A stretch of 61,069 nt of DNA, filler included, from Asterionella formosa (Eukaryota): the NCBI GenBank assembly GCA_002256025.1. It is 18 parts of 18 records of this genome, joined end to end, with 100 filler letters (N's around TTAATTAATTAA, not from the genome) between each part and the next. Parts side by side here need not be neighbours in the genome. Positions count along the whole stretch, not along the records: positions 47,607 to 50,898 come from NKIB01014277.1; positions 50,999 to 54,290 come from NKIB01014278.1; positions 54,391 to 57,680 come from NKIB01014279.1; positions 57,781 to 61,069 come from NKIB01014280.1; 14 more parts are not named here. One strand, written 5' to 3'. Of the stretch, positions 49,221 to 61,069 are shown piece by piece; position 1 is the stretch's first letter; each line of letters opens with the position of its first letter. The translations under genes were made by a program, and so were the position numbers. The notes below the pieces were generated by a model. The model ran no database searches and had not been told where the DNA came from. It was given only the letters and a program-made list of their open reading frames with translations.

Positions 49221-50252
49221 TTAACTAATTTTCATTTGAGCTAGTTTCTTGTTGCAACAACTCCACAAATCTGTCTCTTCTGAACATTGAAAGACGCGAT
49301 AATGATGGTTAGTACCAGGGAGGCCATGAAGGTAGTGCCCACTTCCTCCCAATCCACCATTGTCATTGTTAGACACACCAAACACTACCCTACGTATTCT
49401 CGAATGTACTAGTGCCATGGCTTCAAACACCGAAGGCTCCTGCAACAGGAATATATCATAACCCGTGCAAAGATATTGTCCTTGTTGAAAGTCACTGCTA
49501 GACATGCCTTTGTGTAATGCGACATGTCGCTCTCGCCTGGATACACCTTGAATGGCCAAGATATGTCCAGACACAAGTGGATTTGTGGTCATAGGTTGTG
49601 ATCCCTGCAATTTCAGTTCTTCAATTGCTCGTGAAATGATCACTTTCCTCGTTGGATCCATAATTACTGCTGCTCCATCCTGTATTGATTCTCTCATACC
49701 AATTTCCATCAAAGCGATCTCGTCTGCTGTCAATTCCAGCTCAGACAGCTTGTGTTCGGTTGTTTTCTTGTGAAAATATATGGTTGGCCATATCTTGTTG
49801 AATATCTCTTGTTCATCTTTCGAGTCAGCAGGTCGACCAGGGAGTAATGCGCGACGCATTTCTAACTTGTACTTATCGATCAGTGGCTGTACAACTTTTG
49901 CTGTCTCGTCGGTAGCAAGCCCGACAAGGACGAGTAGCTCATCGTCTTGTTTAGTTTTCTTGCTGACAGGTTCCACTACAGCGCTCTTTTGCATCATTCG
50001 TTGATTCTTCCGCTTTACCCTCTTCAAGTGTGACAAAAAATACTCTAGTTTAGGTAGTTGTTTGAGAAATGGACCACAGGATTTCGGGACGACATTGCAA
50101 ATGAATACTTCGATTCGATCTGGTAATGGTGGAGTTGACGATACTGGGTGAATCTCTCGAAATATCCGATGTGATTGTTCGGGATCTGCACAGCGATCAA
50201 AGAAACAGTCAACGCAGCTCATGGTATTTTTTCCGCTTAGTTTCGTGAACAT
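49221..50252 (-). CDS. TAD3: tRNA-specific adenosine deaminase non-catalytic subunit TAD3/ADAT3-like
   Basis: LSHLKRVKR, NKIWPT, YLCTGYDIF..EP..xAMALVHSRIRRVVFG and NHHYRVF. The start is at 50252 or 50222. Confidence 0.88.
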   Translation of the reverse strand: MFTKLSGKNTMSCVDCFFDRCADPEQSHRIFREIHPVSSTPPLPDRIEVFICNVVPKSCGPFLKQLPKLEYFLSHLKRVKRKNQRMMQKSAVVEPVSKKTKQDDELLVLVGLATDETAKVVQPLIDKYKLEMRRALLPGRPADSKDEQEIFNKIWPTIYFHKKTTEHKLSELELTADEIALMEIGMRESIQDGAAVIMDPTRKVIISRAIEELKLQGSQPMTTNPLVSGHILAIQGVSRRERHVALHKGMSSSDFQQGQYLCTGYDIFLLQEPSVFEAMALVHSRIRRVVFGVSNNDNGGLGGSGHYLHGLPGTNHHYRVFQCSEETDLWSCCNKKLAQMKIS

Positions 50253-51639
50253 GATGCTGCTGCTTCTTTGTTGAGGACGGCAATTCCCGCTCCATGCAAT
50301 CAATCACACTACTTACTGGGTACCCTTATTTTACCCTATTTTACGACTCAAATTATTTTAGTCCGATTTCATGGTAAAGTTGAAGCAATTCCCGCTCCAG
50401 CTATCGTCTTGCCATTCGGGTACTTCTTATTCACACCCTGAATTTTAGGTCAAACCGACACCTAAAAAATGGTCGGTACAAAATGTACACACGAGAACGA
50501 CTTCTACCTCGGGCGGACCACACCCATCCATACCTAATACAGAAAGTACTGATAATACGTTGCAGGGTGGAGCAGATGACAAAAAATATTGTAACTATAG
50601 CATACACACAATATGTAAATTACGACTCACTATCACTTCATTTCAACCTCAACCAAATGATAGAATGTAGATGAAATGAATATCTAGCTATGAGTAGTGT
50701 CAGTACTACTTGTTCTGTTGAAAATTGTTGACAACATTCAACAATCGTGGCCTGATTCTTCGGTTGACTGATTGAACCAAATTAATTCCTTTGTTCATTT
50801 CAATAACTACTAGTAGCAATTCATTAGCATCAAAGTTTCAAAATCAGAGTTTCGATGTTAACATTGTATTCTTTAGTAGTAGATTTATCCATACTGCTNN
50901 NNNNNNNNNNNNNNNNNNNNNNNNNNNNNNNNNNNNNNNNNNTTAATTAATTAANNNNNNNNNNNNNNNNNNNNNNNNNNNNNNNNNNNNNNNNNNNNCT
51001 GATGCCTCCTTTGGACAATATACGTTCGTTCTGAGCATATCGACATTCGACAAGAAGCCTTTGATTTCGGGTACATCAAATAATATATTAGATAGAAATC
51101 GGCATCAAATTGGTTGAGAAAGAAATGAATTGGAATTTAGGTTGCTACAGCTTGGTCATCAGTCCACAGCAAGCACCGAAAATTTTAGGCATCCCGATGA
51201 CGAATTTGATCAATACTGACTAAGCATAGACTGCGCCAGCTTTTTCTGAAGTACAATGTACAAAAATTTACTACAAAATGAATGTTGGCGAGGAAGTCCG
51301 TCCGCGCCAGTTTTCTTAACGAAAAGCAGCTGCTGGAATGAAAGGAACAAAATATCACATTCATGGTAAAATGAAATAATTTTCATTGTTATTGTTATTG
51401 TTGTCGTTTTTGTCGTCTTTTCTGCTATCATGGTTGTGTTCTCGTTGTCGTTACCGCTGTCCCTGCTGTTTCTGCTGTAATTTTTCTTGTTCTTATTCTA
51501 TTGTTCTTTCGTTGTGGTTACTGTGGCTGTATAACCTTCTCTTCTTCCTTGGTGTTCCTCGCCCTGCGTTTGAACTTGAACATGCATTGTTTGATATGGA
51601 ATGTAAAAGGTTTTGTTTGTTAAAAACCAGCCATCATCT

Positions 51640-52680
51640 GACTCTGTGAATCGTGTTCTTCGCTTCCAGATAACCAGAAGGACTCTGTTGTGGGCCGGTT
51701 CCTCTGGAAGTGACAGGCAGGCATTTTTTGTTTCTCCTTGCTTGTCATCACAGAAAGGATGCATCTGAAAGTTCGAGTAATTTTGGTAAGCAGTTAATAT
51801 TTTGGGAAATGGAAACAGATCTTTTGTCACATTGCTGTTGTTCTTTTTGTTGTTGCTCTGCACCGTCGCTCGTTTTCTTCGTCTTGTGTTTGGAACTATG
51901 TTTGATTGCTGTTGTAGTTCCTTTACCTCCATTTCGTTCTTCCTCTTACTTGTGCCGTTTGGAATTGGAAAAGTGGTCAGTCATGAACATACTCTGCGAA
52001 CCTTGTTCTTTTTCTACAGACAATCAATCTGTTTTTGGCAGGGCAGGGTTGAACCTTGGGAATAATGAAATGCGTCGTGCTCTGCCTGTGTCAGGATGGC
52101 TATCCTGTGTCAGGCAGGCTATCAATCATTTGTTATTCGCATTGTTGAAAGGATTCCTCTGGTGCATAGGGGACAAATGTATACATGGTAAGCAAGTGCA
52201 ATGTTTTCTTGCCTTCTGCTGATATTGTTTGCTGTTGCTTATTGTGGGCAGATCTCCTCTCCTATTCTCCTTCGTCTTTGTTCGGAATTGTTAGCGCAGG
52301 CATTGCCTATTTGTAATGAATTAGAAGAAGGGCTTGATTTTGTGCTTGTTACTAATTGTTGATCATGAACTTACTCTGCAAACGCTGTTCTTTGTCTACA
52401 GGAAATCAATCGGTTGAGCAGGGGATTTGTTGGGAATCAGGCGGCATGGTAAGCACAACAAGAACGATGCCTTTGTAACAATTGTTCGTCCATGAACTCA
52501 CTCTGCGACCGTTGTTTACTGATTGCAGACAATAAATTTGATGAGGGCTGGGTTGGACATTGGGGAACATGGTGAGGAGCACACAGAACCGAAATCATGG
52601 CTTCGCAACTTTTGCTATCTCTTCAACTCACTCTGCAAATGCTGTTGCCCTCTTGTTTCTACAGCAGACAATCAATCTGA
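51640..52680 (-). pseudogene. Degenerate repeat-containing gene remnant with about 5 copies of a motif encoding roughly RLIVCxKRTxFAExVHD
   Basis: Repeated CATGAAC(T/A)(T/C)ACTCTGC...CAGACAAT(C)AAT blocks near 51982, 52364, 52491 and 52624, plus a diverged copy near 51645. Many stops are present. Confidence 0.45.
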
Positions 52681-53325
52681 GCAATGAGAATGAGCAGCTG
52701 GCTCATTTGCTATGAATTGATCTACTGATAGTAGTAACAGGGACTCCTGCAAGTATGAGTAGCCAGGCAATCTTGTGAGTCGTTACAGCATCCAGCTGCA
52801 AGAATGAACATCCATTGCTTGTCGTATTGGTTTGAGCATCACTGTCTATAGAAAGTATCAATATAAACTATATAGCGAAGCGATTAATTTGATTGATTTT
52901 GCGATTGTAGCTAGAATTCAATTTAAACGTTGATTGCTTAAAAATAATTATTTGTTTGACTAGCATTTATATTTATTTAACCTTGAGGTATTAATGTGAT
53001 CAAAGTAAAGATAAAATGGGAGCGAACAAACAGAATTAACGGTAGTCAGAGTGAAGAATATTTTTGAACGGAAATGTTGCGGATTGTAGAGAAAAGTACC
53101 ATATTATAGAGATTATTACTGAACGAATTTTTCTTCGTGTCACCAGAAGATATTGTCAGTTGGCCCCAAAAATTATGTGGGTTTAAAAAAAAATATGGAA
53201 GTTGTCGAAACTATTTTAGTTCACTCCGTTCATATATATTGTATGATGCATCATATTTTTTATGTAATGTCAAACCCATAAATTATGTACGCAGCAAAAT
53301 TCGTCATATTAAACCACCCAAATAT

Positions 53326-54290
53326 TTAATTTGGGTGATCATATTTGACTAGCGTTTTTGGTGTGGCGGCTGTACCAGTAATCGGCGTTGTAGATGTAGT
53401 GGAGGACAAATCTAGATCAGTGAGACTTGTCAAGAGTCCAATCTCTGTGGGAAGTGTGCCATTGAAAGTAGTGGAGGACAAATCTAGATAAGTGAGATTT
53501 GTCAAGAGTCCAATCTCTGTGGGAAGTGTGCCAGTGAAAAAATTTTCTAACAAACCAATGGACAAATCTAGATAATTGAGACTTGTCAAGAGTCCAATCT
53601 CTGTTGGAATTGTTCCAGTGAAAATATTTCTGGACAAATCTAGATAATTAAGACTTGTCAAGAGTCCAATCTCTGTGGGAAGTGTGCCAGTGAAAATATT
53701 GTCATACAAACCTAAATCAGTGAGACTTGTCAAGAGTCCAATCTTTGTGGGAAGTGTGTCAGTGAAAATATTTCTGGACAAATCTAGATAATTGAGACTT
53801 GTCAAGAGTCCAATCTCTGTTGGAATTGTTCCAGTGAATTCATTGTTGGACAAAATAAGGGAAGAGAGATTTGTCATCAGACCAAACTCAGTGGGTAGTT
53901 TACCATCCAACCGATTAGGACCCAATGATAAGAATGTTAAGCTTGATAAGAGTCCTAGCTCAGTTGGAATTTTTCCAGTCAGATCATTTCCATTTCGAAT
54001 TTGGTGATCTCCATGTCCAAAGTTCAAATGTCCTGTAATCATTAAGTGTATAGAAAATATGAAAAATCAATGATTTGCTGGATTGTTTAGCAACCTTTTC
54101 CCTTCATTTTTTAACTTACTTAGTTTTGTCAACTGAGGCCAATTTGAACTGATATTTCCAGACAATAAAACATTGTCGCCAAAGTCCACAACAACTGTGT
54201 CACAACAAAAGGTTGTTAGTATTTAATCACACTTTTCTATCACAATTGTTATTGCCTGTACTTACAAAGATTGGTCATATTTCCAAAAAT
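53326..54290 (-). CDS. Leucine-rich repeat protein fragment with near-identical 72-nt tandem LRR units; ends abruptly
   Basis: Repeats of LTSLNYLDLSRNIFTGTLPTEIGL. Upstream short exons are bounded by GTAAGT donors. The LRR pattern breaks off at about 53396. Confidence 0.85.
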
Positions 54291-57200
54291 NNNNNNNNNN
54301 NNNNNNNNNNNNNNNNNNNNNNNNNNNNNNNNNNTTAATTAATTAANNNNNNNNNNNNNNNNNNNNNNNNNNNNNNNNNNNNNNNNNNNNGGAGCTTTCT
54401 TTTCTCCTCCGCGGCGCTGCTCTCCATAGCCCCTGAACAACGATTGTTTCCAAACGTCGACTGGTATGCACTTGATGGTGAATGGATGGTTTTCACAGGA
54501 TTCCGAGGGTGAAAGAAAGTTTCATGTACCGGTTGGAATATGATACTGCAGTTTTGGCTTACACCTCATTTCTTTCAAATGGTGCAGTTGTTGTCGTTTG
54601 CAGATAGGAATCAGATGCCGGGGCAGTTACATCACGTTTTACTATAGATTTGGATGCTAATCCCCTAGTATGTGCTGTCCAAATTTTGTGAGATTTTCGA
54701 GTAATTGGGGGGTCTCATTCAGATATACCTTCTTATGAAAATTCTCAAGTTCCCTCCATCAGGTAGCCACAGAATCATGTCTAAAAATGCTTACCAGAAT
54801 TCTATACATACACTTATGACGAAGTTACATTTTCATCAAAACAAACTACTGAATTCGAATACATCATGAATTAAATTTGGGCTGTAATAAGCTGCCATGT
54901 AAAATACTTAAAATGTGATCATCCAATAATTTTCTCCTAAAAAATTTATACAAATATTATGAAAATGCAGAAAAGTCGAACACACCATACATATGGCATC
55001 ATCATGTGTCGTCCTCTGGTGATGTTTGCACTGGTGTGGCACACGGTGCATCCCAGCATTGTTGATCCAATACTCTGTCAAAGGTATGTGTTGAATTGGG
55101 AAAGAGAAGTATTGCATGGTCAGCCAATTTACTTGTGTGATGAAGTCATACTAAGTCCTCAACTTGCCATATGTCAGTTCAAAAAAAGTAAAGCATTGTT
55201 GACGACTAGTACAATCTTTGAGATATAGAAGGAAAAATTATTTTGGAGCTACTAACATTGGTGATGGGCAACTGACCATGCTCAGGGAGTTGGCTAGCAA
55301 TTCTGGCTCCAGCTATCGCCTTGCCATTCAGGTACTTCTAACTAATTTTTAGGCTCTAAGAAAATTCTTAACTACTTTTTATTCTGAGGAGATGTATGTA
55401 TTGTATGCACTAGTGCTTACACAACAGGAAGCATTGACTTTCCATCCCACAATCGATGGAAAAAATAACTCAGCAATGAAATAGAAAACCTGAACCCAAT
55501 TGAAATGCATCTGTATCGTACTATAGAGTAGCTGATCTGGTTCTTGGAACCATAAAAATAGCTGTCGCCTGATAGTACCAGAAGACAGGTAGTAGCAGTC
55601 TCCCCCAAACAACCCTGATCGTTCCATTCTGTGTGTGATCGCCAGGCTGCTCCTCTATCAACTCCCTCAATGTGATTATTCCTGAATATTGAAACATAGC
55701 TTACCATTCAAAGCAACTTGGTGTTGAAAGCTAGCAAACTGAGTTAATAAACAAGAAAAACATTGCTTGGTGGCAATATTGAAATCATGGTCAACGACTA
55801 TACAATCAACAAATAAGTTCAAACAATATCTCTTCAAAGAGTATGTGCTAGTACAAACATTTGTCTATACACAAATAGATACAATCCAACCGAAGCAACA
55901 GTATAGAACGACTAAAAATGACGAAAGCAATCAAATTGGCAAAAAGAAGCAATCAAATAGCAAATTGGACCAAAAGCATCTACATACCACATTCTGTGCT
56001 TCGGTGTTATACTCACCAGTCCGCTCTAACTACTAGCATAACAAGCAGCAGAAGACGGGATCAATCGAAAGTCGAAAGTTCCCTGGTGGTAGCCCAAATC
56101 TCAAACAAGTCTCCAATTGCTTGAATTCTGGTCCACTGACTCAAGTAGCTAGTTCCATTCTGTGAATGACGATGTTCTTTGAATTGCAAATATTGTTGCA
56201 CATGCAAGATGGCGCAGAAGGAAGGTGGGAATCACCAGAGGCCACCAATTAACAAATCCAAGAACAGTTTGTTGATTTCTATCCTAAAGTGAGTCAAAAT
56301 GACGAGACAAATCTGCTATTTTTGCTGTCCCAGAAGTCGCAGTTTCAAATATTGATGCTTGGGTGTGTCATCAACTTTGTGGAAATGACAGCAATGATGA
56401 CATTGTCTCCTCCCACCACACAATTGCTTTGCAACACATGTATCCACCCACAAAGAAGTATTCTTTCCAGATGGAAACTCAGGCATAACTCCTCCATCCA
56501 TTAGTAGGTACACAAACTTACGCCAACCAGTTCCTTTCGCATGATGACCATGCCAATACAAGTCAACCAAACTTTTTTCCGCCAGAACCACTTTATTTAC
56601 CCTTTTTCCAGTCTTTCCATTAATTTTAGAGACCGTTCTTGCTATCATATTCTTGATGAACTTCATGTCATCTTCGAAATTGATTCTCAGGTGCATTTGT
56701 TCATACAAGAGCTCGATCGGTGTCCATTTTTGTTAATAGGAACTTTCTGTGCAGATTATGTCAAAATAGCTCAAAATTAAATGAAAATGACTACCCTTGC
56801 AGATCCATCAACTCATTATATATGACCAGACATTTGTGATGCTCAAACTGGTGTTGGATTCACAAATCTCGCAATAAGGTGCAAATAAAAGTAACGGTCG
56901 GAGATAGCCATTGTGATGGCAAAACTACAAGCATTTTTGCGTGGTATTAATAATTTAAAAGGGTTACCATTACCGGTATCCATTTTGCCATACACGAGCC
57001 TACCCTACGTCGTCAAAATTTGCGCCTAAAAATTCCTATGTAGGGGTGCGGCAGCAGGTCCTTACCATATCTGACGATGGAACACACATGCATACTCAAT
57101 GGCTGTATCGAACGATGTGCAAATCGGTTGTTTTCTTGGTGAAAGCTAGTTTTACCTTTAAACTAGTTTCGGTTCACGTAAATAGAGTGTGGGTTGAGGT

Positions 57201-58074
57201 ACATCAACGAAATAGTTTGGCTAAATTCAGACCTCGAACTCTATAAGCATGGGGGCGCAACCAATAATAAAATTTCCTGCAGCCAGAAGGAAAACATTAG
57301 TTAAAGGAACTAGATATTGTTGATTAAGATGGGAAGTTATAAGTGCATCCTCAAACACATCAACTCTTCCCTAAATATCATAAGTAGAATTTTACTAGAT
57401 ACACTTACAGTACTAGGTATACTGTTAGTCTGTTATTCTGAAGAAACGGGATAGAGGGATGTTTAAGGATCAGGATGTCCAGGAAATCAGGGAACAGTCA
57501 AAAACAAGAAGATGAGGACTATAAATGTAGTGAATAATGAACTCAGTCATCATATTACTAACTACACAATGACGGATTTATCGGCAAAGAAAGGAAGTGC
57601 ATCAGACGCTTCTTCACTTTCTCTGAAGTCTTTGACGAAAGATTTGATCCCATTGGGGCCATCAGCTCGTGCAATAATCTNNNNNNNNNNNNNNNNNNNN
57701 NNNNNNNNNNNNNNNNNNNNNNNNTTAATTAATTAANNNNNNNNNNNNNNNNNNNNNNNNNNNNNNNNNNNNNNNNNNNNTAGATTCAATCTTCTCGTAG
57801 TATGGACACCACAGCTAATAGGAAAAAACTCTGTCGCAATGAGGCTGCTCAGAGGTCGTTGTGATGCTCGTTCTAAAAGTCTTTGAACCTTTCTCATGGC
57901 GCACCAACAAGGGGGACAGAAGAGGTTGTTATAGTGTGGAAATACACTTATTTTGCACTCGTCCAATGTAGTCCGAGTAAACCCGCACTCGTGGCAAATA
58001 CCAGGGATAGGAAACCGAGGGGCACTTGGAGTAAATTGTAGGATTGCGAAAAAGAGAATATATGAAATACTATA

Positions 58075-59110
58075 CAATAGATATTTTAATGATAGAGGAA
58101 ATATCGGACCCATTTGCAAATTTCGATGTGAAGATAGGAAATATCCATTTTAGATTTTATATGATGGGCTATAGCAAGCTAAAATTGACATTAGCTAACC
58201 CTTTTTGAGTACCGGTAGGCAGTAGGTAATCGAATGGCGGGACAATATCATACAAAATCGAAAATTCCCTGTTGTCAGCCCGAATTGAGCAAATGACATG
58301 CAAGATAGAATGAGATTTATAATTGTGAAGACGAAATCAGGCATAGCTACCGGTATGTGAAATCCTTGAAATGTATGTGAAATCCTTGAAATGTATGTGA
58401 ATGGTATGATTTAACATCCTGTTCTCATAAAGATAATACTGAGTCTACAGCATGAATAGTATAAAGTGTTCAAAGTATTTGTTAACATTTGTGGGCAGCA
58501 GATTAGCAAATGTTGCAACAATAGCTAATTTGTGAATTGCTGAAGGCAATAAACGCCCAAGGTGGTCTCCTGTCTGTGAGTACACATGTGTAAGAGAAGG
58601 CATGCAGCCACTGAGATGGATTTTGTTGTAACAATTCAAAAGCTAAATTTCACCATGCCATCAATCATGGTTCATCTGAAGAAATATGGACGATGCGACG
58701 AATCCATGAATCCCATGACAAGACAAGCAATCCAAAAAACTCATTTCGCTTCAGACTGGGCATGAGGAATGATGATTTACATGGTGAAAAGTGAATTTCC
58801 GGAGTCACTTTTCAGGCGACGAACAAAAACGAGGAACATAATAGATATATTGTATACAAATCTGTAGAGTTTATAAAATGGTTTCCTTAAGGAGACCACG
58901 TGCCGAATTCGGAGTGAGGGGCAATTGGCGTAAATTGTATTGCCAAAATGTGAACATAAGAAACATATTTTAATGATGGGCAATATCAGAACTTTGGCGA
59001 GATTTTATGTGAAGATAGGAAATATACAAAATACAATTTAAATGATGGGCTACAGCAAGCTAAAATTGACATTTACTCTGCCTCAATGAGTTGGCAGTAG
59101 GCAAGCGAAA
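58075..59110 (+). repeat. Imperfect direct repeat (about 58075-58235 and 58962-59110) plus a 20-nt tandem repeat at 58353-58401
   Basis: Both copies share TGTGAAGATAGGAAATAT...ATGATGGGCTA(T/C)AGCAAGCTAAAATTGACATT...GGCAGTAGG. GTATGTGAAATCCTTGAAAT occurs twice plus a partial copy. Confidence 0.8.
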
Positions 59111-61069
59111 GGTGCAATGATTTGTGAATTGTCTCAACAATACCACCAGTCTTGGTGGCTACTACATATCTTCTCATATAGCCAGCGCTGTCAGAAGGTC
59201 ACCTTATGATGAGCATCCCAGCCAAGTTCACATGTATAATCGCAGACAGGAGACCAACTTGGGCGTGTATTGCTTTCAGCGATATTGATTGTCTGAAAAT
59301 GTTTGAATCATCTGTTGGTGGTTCTTGAGCCCCAGATTTCCCTACAACGCAATTCAACAATTCTTTACCAGTCGAAGGAAATTGGATCGCTGAGAAAGAT
59401 GTTAACAGTGAAGTACTGCACCGACAGAAGCAAGAGCATGGTTGAGGAATAAAATGCAAGTACAATACACCAACAAAACCTTCACAAATTTGGATCATTA
59501 CATCATTTTGCATGTAAGAACCAAAGCTGGCTGTTTCCTTTCCAATCACTCAACAATTCAATTATCATTCAATTTCATCGAAAGGAGCAATGAGTGAGTG
59601 AGAACGAGATGGTGTTTTTTAAGCTCTCCTGAAGTGAACAGAATCACCATAACAGGTGAGAAATAATGCATTGACAAATATTAAGTAAAAACCAAGAATG
59701 TAAGGAGGACCTACATGCTTTAGCATGAACAAATCTCAATTCCTCGAATATGGAACCTTGTCTAGTATGATTGTGTGCATTCCCTGTTCAGCTGGAGATA
59801 AGTAAAGCAGTAAGAAAATCATTGACACACATCATTGTAATGGATATGAAATAATTTGGAGGTATTTTTTTGATGATTTCAAAAATAATTAGAGTTGGCT
59901 TATTGATGTCCTAGTATGTATACTGTACACTCTCAGCGCAGAATAATTTGAGCAGCACAATATGATGCCAGCTAATAGAAACGCTGTCAAATGTTTTTAA
60001 ATTTTTGAAAACATTACTGGATGATCATTATGTACTCGAAAAATGACGGTTTTGCTTATACAATCAATATGCATTACTATCATTCATTTGTATCATAGAA
60101 TATACCAGAAGCTGGTAGATGCTACGAATCTGTAGCTCTCACGCAGTAAAAGTTGCTAGAAAAATGTTTCAACAAAATTTGTTTGTTTTACTTTGTTTGT
60201 TAATAGTTGTTTTTATAAAAGAGTGAGCTTAATGTAAATGTAAATTTGAATGTATAATTTTGAAACTTCCAAGCTCATGCATGTTTCAAAATAGAGGTGA
60301 TGTTCGGAGGCGAGGTTCATTTGTGTTCCCAAATTGAACTGAGAATAAACTACATCCTCTTCCTAAATACACATTTGTCTTAATCTTGGCCTGTCTCAAC
60401 TTAGGCCAGATGCTGTTTGATCGAAGACTGCTTACAGAATGATCCTGTTAATCATAAATATATCATATCTAGTTTGCTTCTTTAATGTTCCTTGATTTTG
60501 CGGACATATCTGTAATTGTCTGGTCAATCATTTATTGATTTGGCCTCTAGTAGGTCTGATCGTCTTGTTCTAGAGTCCATTTAAAATGTTAGAGAGAACT
60601 TCTCCTGAAAGTTCCTCTCTAAACTGTGGCATTTTACACATGATATTTAACCATGTGTCCTTGAATCAATCATCTAGTGGATTGTGGTACATGTTCCTAA
60701 TCAGGTCACTAGAGACAAATATATATTGACACTCTCATAACCTGATCTGGAATCAGGAATCTCTACCGGTATGTGTTTCAACTCCAGAGTCGACCTTGAA
60801 TTACAAAATTTCATCAGTCACCTATTCAACGAGACCGTAGACAATGTGCGCTGGTACATAGGAACAACAAGGAAGTACAGTATCTGATATAATTTTAACT
60901 TACACTACATGAATTCACAAAAGGCAATGTGAAAGTAACGACTCGACTAATCGCAACATGACGTTTACCAACAAGCCCGTCATCCCCCGGCGTTTGCTGA
61001 GTTTCTTTGGTGTATTGCTTGTAACGATGATGACATCAGCCTACACATGCCACGCGTATCTAATGACGC

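Noticed and set aside
53340..53396. Possible Helitron ends (TC start, CTAG) at the LRR breakpoint
   Set aside because: No convincing subterminal hairpin, and the LRR sequence does not resume after CTAG.
3307..57780. Regularly spaced TTAATTAATTAA palindromes flanked by N runs, superficially like an array
   Set aside because: These are artificial contig-joining linkers. ORFs containing X or ending in 'LIN' are artefacts, and gene neighbourhoods across linkers are meaningless.

Overview
This is eukaryotic genomic DNA, very probably a diatom, judged from GT-AG introns, a bipartite plastid-targeting presequence, CoDi-type Copia Gag and diatom-style RING and LRR proteins. The window is not contiguous. 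It is 18 unrelated contigs of about 3.3 kb, roughly sorted by decreasing length and joined by artificial 100-nt linkers (44 N + TTAATTAATTAA + 44 N), so no synteny can be inferred across linkers. Recognisable genes: an AzgA-like purine permease, a syntaxin-7/SYP2-like Qa-SNARE, a RING-H2 protein, a serine palmitoyltransferase small subunit, an exostosin GT47, a PILS-like transporter, a Myb-repeat protein, a Pro/Thr-rich secreted protein, a TFIIF-beta N-terminus, a class-3 lipase, the PP2A catalytic subunit, a plastid-targeted unknown protein, TAD3/ADAT3 and LRR proteins. Mobile DNA: three Ty1/copia remnants, a Plavaka/CACTA-like transposase and several dispersed repeats. The most striking signals are (1) an apparently endonuclease-less Penelope-like retroelement 3' end carrying a well-formed type I hammerhead ribozyme followed by (CCCTAA)n telomeric repeats (25.8-26.4 kb), (2) a tandem Crinkler/RHS-type effector locus (ubiquitin-like header + P-loop NTPase + restriction-endonuclease-fold domain) in an apparent photosynthetic alga, and (3) a syntaxin whose transmembrane anchor is replaced by a CaaX box. 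All family calls come from motif recognition by eye, with no database search.
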